This document shows positions 35,945-49,415 of a DNA stretch of 64,000 nucleotides, in pieces. The stretch is from the NCBI RefSeq assembly GCF_001194135.2, contig NC_068999.1, positions 45,590,053 to 45,654,052 on the forward strand. The letters are read 5' to 3'. Positions within the stretch are counted from its first letter, which is position 1. The number at the start of each line of letters is the position of its first letter. Below the pieces are notes generated by a model. It saw only the letters and a program-made list of their open reading frames with translations. It made no database searches and was not told the origin of the DNA. This DNA is from Octopus bimaculoides. Taxonomy: Eukaryota. The translations under genes were made by a program, and so were the position numbers.

Positions 35945-36661
35945 GTAACATCTGCATTTTGTTTTTTTTCCAACCAGAGTAATGATATATAAAATGTACC
36001 ACCATATTTAAAGTGTGCAGGAGGTGTGGTTGGAAAGAGAGAGAAGGTTGGCTGTCTAATACATATATATTAGAGGAAAATATCTCTTATATAATATGAT
36101 GGAGTGGATTCTTGGGAAATGGTTGGGGTTTTTTTTTTTNNNNNNNNNNNNNNNNNNNNNNNNNNNNNNNNNNNNNNNNNNNNNNNNNNNNNNNNNNNNN
36201 NNNNNNNNNNNNNNNNNNNNNNNNNNNNNNNNNNNNNNNNNNNNNNNNNNNNNNNNNNNNNNNNNNNNNNNNNNNNNNNNNNNNNNNNNNNNNNNNNNNN
36301 NNNNNNNNNNNNNNNNNNNNNNNNNNNNNNNNNNNNNNNNNNNNNNNNNNNNNNNNNNNNNNNNNNNNNNNNNNNNNNNNNNNNNNNNNNNNNNNNNNNN
36401 NNNNNNNNNNNNNNNNNNNNNNNNNNNNNNNNNNNNNNNNNNNNNNNNNNNNNNNNNNNNNNNNNNNNNNNNNNNNNNNNNNNNNNNNNNNNNNNNNNNN
36501 NNNNNNNNNNNNNNNNNNNNNNNNNNNNNNNNNNNNNNNNNNNNNNNNNNNNNNNNNNNNNNNNNNNNNNNNNNNTATATATATATATATATATATATAC
36601 CCAGATGGAACATGACATTAAATGATTGTGTGTGTGTGTATATAGGCATATGCATTATGCA

Positions 36662-36716
<55 letters not shown>

Positions 36717-37304
36717 ATTTCTCTCTTCTCTCTCTTTCAACCTCCTTTCTTTCTTTCTTGCCTATCTACCTTTTCACAGACTCTCTCTCTCACACACATA
36801 CACACACGCACACACACACATTCACATAAACGCATGCATGTACTCAAACACACACACACGCACGCACACATGCATAGAGAGAGAGAGATAATCTCCAAAC
36901 GACATATATTTACTGATCATCCATCAATTTTCGTCTTCATCTGACCCAAACATGCTGCTTGTGTTTGCTTCTCCTTTTTATTTTGTCTTTCAAACAACTC
37001 TACCCCCTACCCCTACCCCTACACATATGAAATAATCACTTGCCATCACCTTATAAACTCTCTCCTCTGACTGCTCCCCTTCGTTAATTCTATTTCATAA
37101 TGGGAAACTCATTATAACTATAATAAAAATCAATTGAGGAACCAATTTATGCATTAAATCTGATAAATGGACAACTAATTAGATTTGTTTCTGGAGAATT
37201 CTTTTTCTAAAAAACCACATCTTATTTGAACACATAATATCCCTCCTCCTCCTCCTCCACCATATTTTGTCCATGGCTGTTAATAAAAATTGAAATTCTT
37301 TATA

Positions 37305-37506
37305 CACTTTTGCTAGTTTTGGTCATTTGACTGCGGCCGTGCTGGAGCACTGCTTTTAGTCAAAACAAATCGACCTCAGGACTTATTCTTTGTAAGCCTG
37401 GTACTTATTCTATCGGTCCCTTTTCCTGAACTGCTAAGTTACAGGGATGTAAACACACCAGCATCGGTTGTCAAGCGATGTTGGGGGGACAAACACAGAC
37501 ACACAA

Positions 37507-37596
<90 letters not shown>

Positions 37597-37758
37597 GATG
37601 GGCTTCTCTCAGTTTCCGTCTACCAAATCCACTCACAAGGCTTTAGTTGGCTCGAGGCTATAGTAGAAGAGGCTTGCCCAAGGTGCCACGCAGTGGAACT
37701 GAACCCAGAACCGTGTGGATGGTAAGCAAGCTACATACCATACAGCCACTCCTGCACC
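37305..37758 (-). mobile_element. Full-length SINE B with internal (CA)n(TA)n
   Basis: Reverse complement of 9519-9954. A second head-only copy lies in tandem at 37765-37915. Confidence 0.9.
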
Positions 37759-38077
37759 TATGATAGGCTTCTTTCAGTTTCTGTCTACCAAATCCACTCA
37801 CAAGGCTTTGGTTGACCCGATGCTATAGTAGTAGAGACTTGCCCAAGGTGCCACGCAGTGGGACTGAACCCAGAACCATGTGGTTGGGAAGCAAGCTTCT
37901 TACTACACAGCCATGTGTGTCTAAAAATGGTCTCATCCATGACCATCTCTTCGGTTTTTATTTTCTGGATTTCATATATCATGGGCTTTCCTGTCAACTT
38001 CATAATCGTAAGTTGGACACCCTAACCTCAAAGCCATGCCATTTTACGTTACTATATACATATTGTTATTTAAACAT

Positions 38078-38385
38078 GTGAAGGCACATGGCTCAGTGGT
38101 TAGAGCATCAGGCTCACAGTGAGTTCGATTCCTGGACTGGACTGTGTGTCGTATTCTTGAGCAAGACACTTTATTTCATGCTCAGTCCACTCAGTTGTAG
38201 AAATGAGTTGTGATGTCACTGGGGCCAAGCTGTATTGGCCCCTTTACCTTTCTCTAGGACAATATTGGTGGCATGGAGAGGGGAGGCTGGTTTGGACGAC
38301 TGCTGGTCTTCCATAAACAACCTTGCCTGGACTTGTGCTTCGGAGGGGTAACTTTCTAGGTGCAATCCCATGGTCATTCATCATG
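38078..38385 (+). mobile_element. SINE head Y + CORE-like + tail 2 (OR2-like)
   Basis: Head/core as in 24796, but the tail is GGAGAGGGGAGGCTGG..CATAAACAACCTTGCC. Reverse copy at 57588-57925. Confidence 0.85.
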
Positions 38386-39612
38386 TCTAAATACCTTATT
38401 TAGACATTGTGTATCTTGGAATATTTATTATTCAATGTGTCTGTCCTTCAAAGACAATGTACATCTAGGATTATGAGTGCCCTTCCTTCCTCTTTGAAAG
38501 ACAACATAGGGTTTGATTTAAGCACTATTTCTAGCAGGCTGAAATGCTCTGTACAGGCTCCATTGGCTCATTGTAAAGTTTTGTTAATTAAACTGTGGCT
38601 GTGAAAACGCGTGGAATTAGAATTGATGGAGAGCAGGTGAGAGAGATAAAACAAACAAAAAAAATACAACCAAAGCTCATTATTTGTTCCTACATCATTA
38701 AGGTAGAAACAGAGGAATTAATTTTCCTAGTGGTTAACGAAGTACACTTGTGGAACAGTTTTAGAAGTGGTGAAGAACTCTCATTGAAACAAAACATGAA
38801 TTCCAGTTTCAATGGGTTTCCTTTGTCAAATTATTGTTTAGAACACAAAAAAAAAAAAAAAAATTTAAGGGAAAAAAGGTGGCTTTTTTGATGGGGGAGG
38901 GGAGAGGTGATGTTTTCGTTTTGTGCTTGCATTGTTTTTTGTTTATTTTTGCTTTATGGTTTTTCTTCTTTTTTTTTAATAATTGTTGCAAAAATCTATC
39001 TCTGCTGCACTTGTTCCATGAAAAATTATAAAGTATTGAAAACACTGTTCTCTCTCTCTCCCTCTCTCTCTCTCTCTCTNNNNNNNNNNNNNNNNNNNNN
39101 NNNNNNNNNNNNNNNNNNNNNNNNNNNNNNNNNNNNNNNNNNNNNNNNNNNNNNNNNNNNNNNNNNNNNNNNNNNNNNNNNNNNNNNNNNNNNNNNNNNN
39201 NNNNNNNNNNNNNNNNNNNNNNNNNNNNNNNNNNNNNNNNNNNNNNNNNNNNNNNNNNNNNNNNNNNNNNNNNNNNNNNNNNNNNNNNNNNNNNNNNNNN
39301 NNNNNNNNNNNNNNNNNNNNNNNNNNNNNNNNNNNNNNNNNNNNNNNNNNNNNNNNNNNNNNNNNNNNNNNNNNNNNNNNNNNNNNNNNNNNNNNNNNNN
39401 NNNNNNNNNNNNNNNNNNNNNNNNNNNNNNNNNNNNNNNNNNNNNNNNNNNNNNNNNNNNNNNNNNNNNNNNNNNNNNNNNNNNNNNNNNNNNNNNNNNN
39501 NNNNNNNNNNNNNNNNNNNNNNNNNNNNNNNNNNNNNNNNNNNNGTGGTGGTGGTGGTGGTGGTGGTGGTGGTGATATTGATGATGGTGATTGCCTTGTA
39601 TTAATGACGGAC

Positions 39613-39916
39613 AGGCACATGGCTCAGTGGTTAGGGGCATTTGGCTCAAGACCATAAGGTCGTGAGTTCAATTCCCAGCACCGCATTGTACGTCCTTGAG
39701 CAAGACACTCTATTTCACATTGCTCCTCCAGTCCACTCAAAGCTAGCAAAAATAAGTAGTACCTGTAATTACAAAAGGGCCAGACTTGTCACATTCTGTG
39801 TCACACTGAATCTCCCCAAGAACTATCTTAAGGGTATGTGTGTTTGTGGGGTACTCAGCCACGTTCACATTAATTTAACGAGCAGGTTGCTCTGTTGACT
39901 GGATCAACTGGAACCG
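39613..39916 (+). mobile_element. OR1-like SINE copy
   Basis: Homologous to 24796-25117. Confidence 0.85.
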
Positions 39917-40399
39917 GTGGAGTATCAGGTTTTTTTTTTTTATAATGATGGACAATGAAGTTGATGTTGATGATGATGACTCATTCATCCGATGGTGAGG
40001 GTGAGAAGAGCAGTGAGGGTGGTAAGGATGGTGGTTTAGGTGATGGTGTATGTGTATGTGTGTGATTTTAGGTACGTTTGGATGTTGTTTCTAGCAGGTC
40101 AGGCTTTTCTCATTGGCTTGTCGTTATTGGTGGTGGTGTTGATAGCAAAAAGTGAAAATGATGATCATAGTGGTGGTGGTGATGGTGGTGGTGGTGGTGG
40201 TGGTGGTATTGGTGGTGGTGGTGTTGGTGGTGGTGGTAGCAGTGGTAGCTTTTACTGTTTGTTATTCTAACTGCAATGCCTGTTGACTGAATAATCAAAT
40301 AAAAAACTTNNNNNNNNNNNNNNNNNNNNNNNNNNNNNNNNNNNNNNNNNNNNNNNNNNNNNNNNNNNNNNNNNNNNNNNNNNNCTACATAGTAAAGAC

Positions 40400-40438
<39 letters not shown>

Positions 40439-41029
40439 GATGTGCAAATATTTTTGTGTTGACTTCTAAACAAGAAATCATTCGACTAACCAAAACAAAA
40501 TCAAAACAAAAAATACAATAAAGAAAGACAAGACAAGTTGTTGGAATTGTTTTGTTTGTTTATTTCTTTGTTTGTCTTTTGTTATTTTTGTTTTGTGGGT
40601 TTTTGAAAAATTTTTGATTTTTGTTTTTTGCACCGTGTAACATGAAGTCCACAGACATGATCGGTGAAGTTTATTGGAAAGTAAAACTTTTGTTCTTAAA
40701 ATAGAGAAACGGCAGCAAAATAATGGAATAACAAACAAAAATGAAATAAAATGAAATAAAATAAAACAATGTTGGATAACAATAACAAAACAAAGAAATA
40801 AAATAAATATGACAAAACTGGATACCCAATCAACCAAATAACGAATAGTATAAATAAAACAAAGGCAAAATAAAAGCAAATAACAATTGACGTGAAAAAA
40901 ATCTTTAATATTTGGTGAGATCTGTCAAAAGAGTCAGGGAAGTTAAGCATATTTTTCGACGTATTGCTTAGTAAATAAATTGTTTGTGTTTGTTTATGTC
41001 TGTGTTTTGTGTTGTGTTGGGTTGTGTTT

Positions 41030-41121
41030 GTCATCGTTATCGTCGTTGCCGTCGTCTTTATCACCAGTAATCAACCACTGATTCCGACCACCGTTGCCGT
41101 CCGCCACCTCTGTTGCTGCTG

Positions 41122-41213
<92 letters not shown>

Positions 41214-41520
41214 GTCGTCGTCACCACCGCTGCCACTGCCACAAGAATCATTGCGTCCATCGCCACTGCTTGTCATCATCACCATCATCATCATTGTCAT
41301 CTTCTTCATCATCGTCACCATCGTCATCATCATCATCACCACCATCATCATCATCATCATTATCGTCACTATCTTCACCAGTGTCATCACCACCACTATC
41401 ATCATCATCATTGTCATCATCATCATCACCATCATCATCACTGCTGCCATTGCCACCATGACCTCTGTCATCGTCGTCATCACTGCCGGCACCACCACCA
41501 CCATCATCATCATCGTATTA
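41030..41520. repeat. (CAT)n/(CAC)n microsatellite
   Basis: Seen directly in the sequence. Confidence 0.95.
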
Positions 41521-41863
41521 ATGTCCACTTTTCCATGCTTGCATAAGTCAGATGGAATTTTCTTGAATCAGAATTCCTTTGGCTGAATGCCTTTCCTGTC
41601 ACCAACATTCGCCTGTTTCCAAGCAAGGTAAATATTCCCCCGTGGCCAGACAAGTTTTCCACTGAAGACTAGAAAGGTACAACATTGCTGGTATGAAGGT
41701 GAGACTCACAACCATCGCTTGATGTCGAGTCAAGGGTACACCCTAACACATCCGCATACACACACACACACACACACACACATGCATGAGAGGCTTCTTT
41801 CAGTTTCTATCTGCCAAATGACTAACTGACCCTTTTTTTTTTTTGACACAGTATAGTATAGAG

Positions 41864-42169
41864 CAGTGGTTCCGAAAGTGGGTGGTATTGCCCCTCTGGG
41901 AGCAGTGGAAAGTTCCAAAGGGGCATTGAAGAAAAGTAGAGTTATAATGGGGTAGCGATTCATGTAAAAACTGGGGTGAAAATGGGGTGGCGTTTTATGT
42001 AAAAACAACAAAATAATGGATTCATTAAGTTTTATTTGTGAAACACAGTTGCTTTGAATTTGCTTCAGAAAGAGGTCTATGTTTGCGATGATTAGTTGGG
42101 GTGGGGGCTCTAGGAATCTGGCTTGGGTGCCAAGGGGGCTGCTGCCCGAAAAGGTTTTCTGAACCACTG
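41864..42169. mobile_element. hAT (Charlie-type) MITE with intact 8-bp TSD
   Basis: TIRs CAGTGGTTC / GAACCACTG; GTATAGAG duplicated at 41856-41863 and 42170-42177. Confidence 0.9.
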
Positions 42170-42423
42170 GTATAGAGTATTACCCCCAAAATAAACAACA
42201 GTGAATATAATAGCATATTTGTGCATTTTAAGGCAGCTTCTGTGTCTCTTGTTTGGTGTAGATTTTTTTTTCAATTCCAGACACAAATCTGAGACCAGTT
42301 CACATCATGGAGTCTAATAAATGGCAATCTCTGCTTTAGCTGCTTTTAAATGCTCACAAAACATGTGCTAGCAATAATAATGATTTACATGTGGGAAATT
42401 TATTTCACTACTAAATTTTTATT

Positions 42424-42660
42424 AGCAGCAACAAGCTGACGAGAGTCGTTGCCACACTAGATAAAATGCTTGACAGTACTTCATCTGTCCTTACATTCTG
42501 AGTTCAAATTCTGCCAAGGCCGACTTTGCCTTTCATCCTTTCAGGGTCGATAAAAATAAGAACTAATTCAGCTCTGGGGTTGATGTAATCAACTTAACTC
42601 TTCTCCCGAAATTGCTGGCCTGGTGCCAAAATTTGAAATCAGTGTTATTATTATTATTAT

Positions 42661-42693
<33 letters not shown>

Positions 42694-42912
42694 TATAAGG
42701 TGGCAAGGTAGTAGAATCGTTAGCGCGTTGGACAAAGTACTTAGTGGTATTTTGCGCATCGCTACGTTCTGAGTTCAAATTCCACCGAGGTCAACTTTGC
42801 CTTTCATCGTTTCGGGGTCAATGAAAATAGGTACCAATTTGAGCACAGGGGCCAATACACCTGACTAGTCCCCTCCCCCATATTTCAGGCCTTGTGCCTT
42901 TAGTAGAAAGGA
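42424..42912 (+). mobile_element. Two tandem SINE C copies linked by (ATT)n
   Basis: Copies at 42424-42641 and 42697-42912, each followed by (ATT)n. Confidence 0.85.
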
Positions 42913-42943
<31 letters not shown>

Positions 42944-44296
42944 TATGAAAGTGCATATACCATCAAAGTGACACTTGGGTACAAACATACGAAGCCCAAT
43001 ATTATTATTATTATTATTATTATTATTACATGAACATATCTATGATTATAATTTAAACCTATGTTCGATTAATGCATCGCTTGAGCATTTCTAATTATTT
43101 ATTCACACTTTGTGTTAAAATTCCTGATAACTGTTGAGGGGGAAAAAAATAAAAACTGCTGATATCTCAGAGAGAGTTTTTCTTGGACACATTTCTGAAA
43201 ATGCTGCTTCCGAAAATAGATTGAAGTATTAAGAGCTCTTAAGAACATTTCGTAAGCTACAATAAGTACTAATTCAGAGAAAAATCAATAACAACTTCAT
43301 CTGATTATGTCTCTCTGCTACCAGAAACATTCTGATTCTTCATCTCTTTTATTTGATTTTTCTGAAGGCCTTAATTTTAACTACTTCACCATCATCGCTA
43401 AGCTTCTAATCAACCTCACTTTATTTCTACTATTTATTTTATTTATATGTTATCATCATCATCATTGTCATTGATGACATTATCAATACTAACATCTACA
43501 TTAACATCTTCATCAATAACATTCCACTCGGTAATATTGAATTATTCCTCTTCTACATCCTGTCTTTCACTGACACATCGCTTACCTTACTCGACACATC
43601 GCTTACCTTACTCGACACATTTCAACACATTTCTTCATACATATGTGTGTATTATTTAATTCTTCTATGCATTTCAACACTTCACTATGCATTAGTATAC
43701 ATTATTTACTGTTCTACACATTGCGACATATATCTCCATATATACATTTATATACATAAATAATCTCTATTGTTTTACCAGGTTTATGCGATATTTCTCA
43801 ATCGTGTTTCTTTATACATTATCCCTCAGACCTTCCAATCTGGAAAGGCCTGCTACTCATTCCCTCAGCCTACGGTGCTATGACTACTTCATACACCATC
43901 ACAGATTCCTTATGTCCTTCTGAGTCTGTAGAAACTCAGGGGGAAGTCTTCAGAAGTAGACTAGTAAATCCATCATCACCAATTCAGTGCTGCCTCCAGC
44001 AACCTCAATAAAATGAATCACACTTGATCAACTCCCTCCAAACATACACCTATCACTGAGCTTCACATTTCTGTCAGCAAAGCCCTATATATGGCCTTCA
44101 TTTCTTCCTGAATTTCAATTATATTTCCTACAGCTATTTCCTTTAAATACCACCCTAATTCTAACTTTATATTTCTCTTTGGATACAACCACAACATATT
44201 CATTATTACGGCCAGCATTAGACTTTGTCCAACAAAAGCTTTGTAATATCTGATGTAGCTGTCATGCCAAACCTGGAATGTGATACAGTAATAAGT

Positions 44297-44482
44297 ATAT
44301 TAATTGCTGGTAGAAACACCATATTTCGTTTTGCAGCCATAATTTACGGCCAAATATATTAAAGATTTATTAGTCAATACTGTGAAAAATAGAACGTAGT
44401 ATTAACTTATAAACTTTTCATGTCCTTGGTAGTATATTATTGTTGCAAAATGAAACATGGTGTCCCTACCAGCAATTAATAT
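44297..44482. mobile_element. Old palindromic MITE-like element
   Basis: ~88-bp arms: outer 47 bp with 6 mismatches, inner 41 bp with 13 mismatches, ~10 nt centre. Confidence 0.7.
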
Positions 44483-44760
44483 GTAATTCCCAGTTGCCAG
44501 GAATTATTTAATACATAAATTGGTTTATGCAATAACATGACACCGCTAAACTTAGTAGCTATTTAAGCAATGTGTCCATGGATGGTTAAAGGGTTCGATG
44601 TGATACTGAAGAAAGAACAAGAAATTCTGAAATATGCATATACACCAACCATTACCTATTTTTCTTTCTTCGATCGCATTGTTTACATAAATGCATTCAT
44701 ATACAAAATATTGTGATTTTTAATGCTGGCTCTAAATTCTGTAGAAAATGTGTAGAGATA

Positions 44761-45165
44761 GGCGCAGAAGTGGCTGTGTGGTAAGTAGCTTGCTTACCAA
44801 CCACATGGTTCCGGGTTCAGTCCCACTGCATGGCACCTTGGGCAAGTGTCTTCTACTATAGCCTTGGGCCGACCAAAGCTTTGTGAGTGGATTTGGTAGA
44901 CGGAAACTGAAAAGAAGCCCGTCATATATGTATATATATATGTATGTATGTGTGTTTGTGTGTCTGTGTTTGTCCCCCCACCATCGCTTGACAACCGATG
45001 CCGGTGTGTTTACGTTCCCATAACTTAGCGGTTCGGCAAAAAGAGACCGATAGAATAAGTATTAGGCTTACAAAAGAATAAGTCCCGGGGTCGATTTGCT
45101 CGACTAAAGGCGGTGCTCCAGCATGGCCGCAGTCAAATGACTGAAACAAGTAAAAGAGTAAAGAG
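44761..45165 (+). mobile_element. Full-length SINE B
   Basis: Near-identical to 9519-9954, with a shorter internal microsatellite. Confidence 0.9.
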
Positions 45166-45569
45166 AGAGATACACTTGAAAATGAGTAACGATAGAGTGT
45201 TAAACTTCCAGTAACATCATGCTTAGAAGCCCTTCTATTTTAGCCAAGTTCTAAAAAGATACTTGCCTTTGTGTTGAGGCAGTCAACACAATCAAAGGAT
45301 TGAGGCTTCAATTCCTAGACCAGGTGGAGTATTGCATTCTTGAGCAAAACACTTCTTCTCAAATTCTTCTGCAATCATTTCACCTCCTGACGTGTGGTAT
45401 ACTGTGTACCTGTCCAGACAGCATCAGTCTGATGGGGGGGATGGACTTCTTTACAGCACAAACATTTCACCTTTATAAACAAATCATTTTTTATTAGTTG
45501 TTCTCCATAAAATTTCAAACCCATCTTTCCTGACTACAAGAGACTACCATCATATCATCTCATGTATAT

Positions 45570-46121
45570 GTATACAAGTGTGTGTGTGTGTGTGTTTATA
45601 TTTATTCATATATATGTATGTGTGTGTGTGTGTGTTTATATTTATTCATATATATGTGTGTGTGTGTGTGTTTATATTTATTCATATATATGTATGTGTT
45701 TGTGTGTGTGTTTATATTTATTCATATATATATGTGTGTGTGTGTGCTTAAATTTATTCATATATATGCATGTGTGTTTATATTTATTCATATATATGTA
45801 TGAGTGTGTGTGTTTGTGTGTGTTTATATTTATTCATATATGTGTATGAGTCTGTGTGTGTTTATATTTATTCATATATATGTCTGTGTGTGTGTGTTTG
45901 TGTGTGTATTTATATTTATTCATATATACGTATGTGTGTGTGTATTTATATTTATTCATATATATATGTATGTGTGTGTGTTTATATTTATTCATATATA
46001 TGTATGTGTGTGTGTATGTTTGTGTGTGTTTATATTTATTCATATATATGTGTGTGTATGTGTTTATATTTATTCATATATATATATGTGTGTATGTGTG
46101 TGTTTATATTTATTCATATAT

Positions 46122-46153
<32 letters not shown>

Positions 46154-46200
46154 TTATATTTATTCATATATGTGTGTGTGTATGTGTGTGTGTGTGTGTC
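45570..46200. repeat. Higher-order satellite: TTTATATTTATTCATATA + (TG)n
   Basis: 15 copies counted, period ~36-46 bp. Confidence 0.95.
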
Positions 46201-46455
46201 AATATTTCTACGATATAATATATAGATTTATAGCTCAATGTCATAACAGTTCCTGTTTCCAATAATTCTCCACATTCATCATTTATTAGTAAATTTAATA
46301 TTCAGTAAGTTATTAATGTTAAACAAATCATTAATATTAATCAGATCATTAATAATCAAGCTCTGTCAAAATCCAGCAAAAGACTAATTATCTGTCAACC
46401 AAATTTCATGTCATTATCTTTGAACTTATCACAATTATTATTATTATCATTATTA

Positions 46456-46513
<58 letters not shown>

Positions 46514-46566
46514 GTAGTATGCGTATACTTAGTGATTTGTTATTGTGTATGTATATATGTATGTTA

Positions 46567-46598
<32 letters not shown>

Positions 46599-47290
46599 TT
46601 TAATGGATATGGTTATTGCTGCTTAACCCCAGGCTAAGACTTGTCCGAGTAGATTTATGATTAATGACATTCTGGCAGTTTGGTGGGAAAGATTCGTGTG
46701 GGGGGGAGGGGATGAAATCGTGCATCTAGAATTAGTTATTTAACCCCAGGTCAGATCTTACCACATACACTCACCATTTAATCATTTCTCCTTGATGGAA
46801 CGGGGAGTCCATTGTACAGGTAGACCCAGTGTAGCCCGAATTGACTAGACATCTGATCAGACATTCCAGTCGTGACCGTCCTGTCTGTTTGTATACCAAA
46901 CAAAAAAAGTGACCATTGAGTTGTACCTTATTTCACGACAGAAGTGTGTGATTTGAGAGAGATTTGGCTGTTATTTCTGTTGGGTCAAACAAACATGTAC
47001 AGGTTACTTTGCTGGTTTACAATATATCTTCACCAGAAGGAAAACCATTTTGTGCAAAACTAATTTCCTGTTCTCATACGTGGGGGGNNNNNNNNNNGGG
47101 GGGGCTGTGTGTGTATGTGTGTGTGTGTGTGTATGTGGTCATACTCAGCATTGAGTCTAATTCCATTTTACATACATACACACACACACATGTATGTATA
47201 TATATTTTTGATGTCCTGTACCCATATATGCATGTATATATACATATATATGTAGGTATGTACATATATGTATGTATATATGCATATATT

Positions 47291-47331
<41 letters not shown>

Positions 47332-47711
47332 NNNNNNNNNNNNNNNNNNNNNNNNNNNNNNNNNNNNNNNNNNNNNNNNNNNNNNNNNNNNNNNNNNNNN
47401 NNNNNNNNNNNNNNNNNNNNNNNNNNNNNNNNNNNNNNNNNNNNNNNNNNNNNNNNNNNNNNNNNNNNNNNNNNNNNNNNNNNNNNNNNNNNNNNNNNNN
47501 NNNNNNNNNNNNNNNNNNNNNNNNNNNNNNNNNNNNNNNNNNNNNNNNNNNNNNNNNNNNNNNNNNNNNNNNNNNNNNNNNNNNNNNNNNNNNNNNNNNN
47601 NNNNNNNNNNNNNNNNNNNNNNNNNNNNNNNNNNNNNNNNNNNNNNNNNNNNNNNNNNNNNNNNNNNNNNNNNNNNNNNNNNNNNNNNNNNNNNNNNNNN
47701 NNNNNNNNNNN

Positions 47712-47750
<39 letters not shown>

Positions 47751-48097
47751 CATTGATACATAAGATATGCACACATATAATACAAAGTTACACACACACA
47801 TACTCACATATATGTATACATACATACAGAGAAAGAGAGTGAGAGAGAGAGAGAGAGAGAGGGAGAGAATATATATAGATATATTTTCTACTTCCATGTG
47901 TTAAGTGCTTTTTCAGGTAATGTTTCACCATTTTCGTGTAAAATTTACACATTAACATGCACACATCAACACACACACACACACACACACACAGGTATGT
48001 ATGTATAAAGCTAAAAACTTGGTATACACCATCAGATGGCTTATCGACTAATTGCTTCACCCAAAGGCTATTCTGTCTGTCTGTCCATCTGTCTCTT

Positions 48098-48135
<38 letters not shown>

Positions 48136-48709
48136 GTCCTTCCATTTATAGAGTTAGGGTTATTTACCCCAACAGTCCATTTCGCTGTCTAAAACACCTA
48201 AACACATCTATTTCTCACCTCTGCCAATCAATGACTCCTTCTCGCCAAATTGCATTGTGGGAAAAATGCATCAGGAAAATTTCCTGAGTTTCAAGAATCT
48301 CCAGGAAATCCATTCGACTTCTGCTGCAACTGCTGTCTCAGAATGTCATCATTTATTTCTTTCTACACCTTCTACACACTGGCCTCGGCTACGACTACAC
48401 AATATTTACCTTTTTTTATCTGGTTTCAGTGTTGAGTTTTCTTCGTGTGTGTGTGTGTTGTTGGCTATTACTAAATGCATTCATATTGTAATTCTTCTTT
48501 TATTCATTCACGCGTTCTTCTATTCTGCTATTCTTTCATTCTCTCGTCATTCATTTCCATCACTGAACATGAGCGTTTTTTGGTTTGTTTTTTTTTTTTT
48601 TTTTTTTGTTAGTTACAAAAGATTTGTAATACTTCATGTGTGTATGTATCTGCACAACGTGTATTTCCACATGTGTGTGCATGTATATGAATTTGTGTTT
48701 GTGCATACC

Positions 48710-48767
<58 letters not shown>

Positions 48768-49039
48768 CAAACATACATACATGGATACATACAGATACAC
48801 ACATACGTGCTCGTTCACATCTATTTTTATATTTATAGTTATACGTATGCATGTATACATGTATACAGATGTTTGTGTGTGTGTGTATGTGTGTGTGTGC
48901 ACGTAAGCATATAAAGAGAGAAAGAATTGTGTATATATAGGAATTGCTTAAGCATAGATGTTGACATAGCTGAGAATTTAAGGATTTTGCTGTCAATCAT
49001 GAAGCTCTGGGTTCAATCCCACTGCGTGACAAGTAGCTG

Positions 49040-49155
49040 AGGTATACTCGACCACTTGCACCATAACACTCTCCAGAATTTCAGACACCACTTCTCTGAT
49101 TTCTATATTGATGTTCTCTTTCAGTTGCACCAGTGACTTTTGGGACATCCTGTAT
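49040..49155 (-). mobile_element. Tc1/mariner-superfamily deletion derivative
   Basis: TA-CAGGATGTCCCAAAAGTCAC TIR-like end joined to LKENINIEIREVVSEILESVM, which resembles the DD(D/E) transposase C-terminal helices. Confidence 0.4.
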
Positions 49156-49415
49156 ATGTAAATGATTTGTAGGGATACCATATTCCATTATGCAACCATA
49201 ATATATACTACAAAGTATATTAAATACTTTATAAGTCAGTACTGTGTCCTCCTGTGTTAGCAGTGCTGTTAAATCACTTGTTAAGTTTATCTCTACAAAT
49301 TTTCAGTGCTGGCTATAATTTCTATAAATGACCTGTAGAGATAGCCTTAACAAGCATATATACGTATATCTATATGTGTATATGTATGCAGTCACCATAT
49401 TTAATTCTATAACAA

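Noticed and set aside
45570-46200. CRISPR-like repeat-spacer array
   Set aside because: Spacers are simple (TG)n, the context is eukaryotic, and there are no cas genes.
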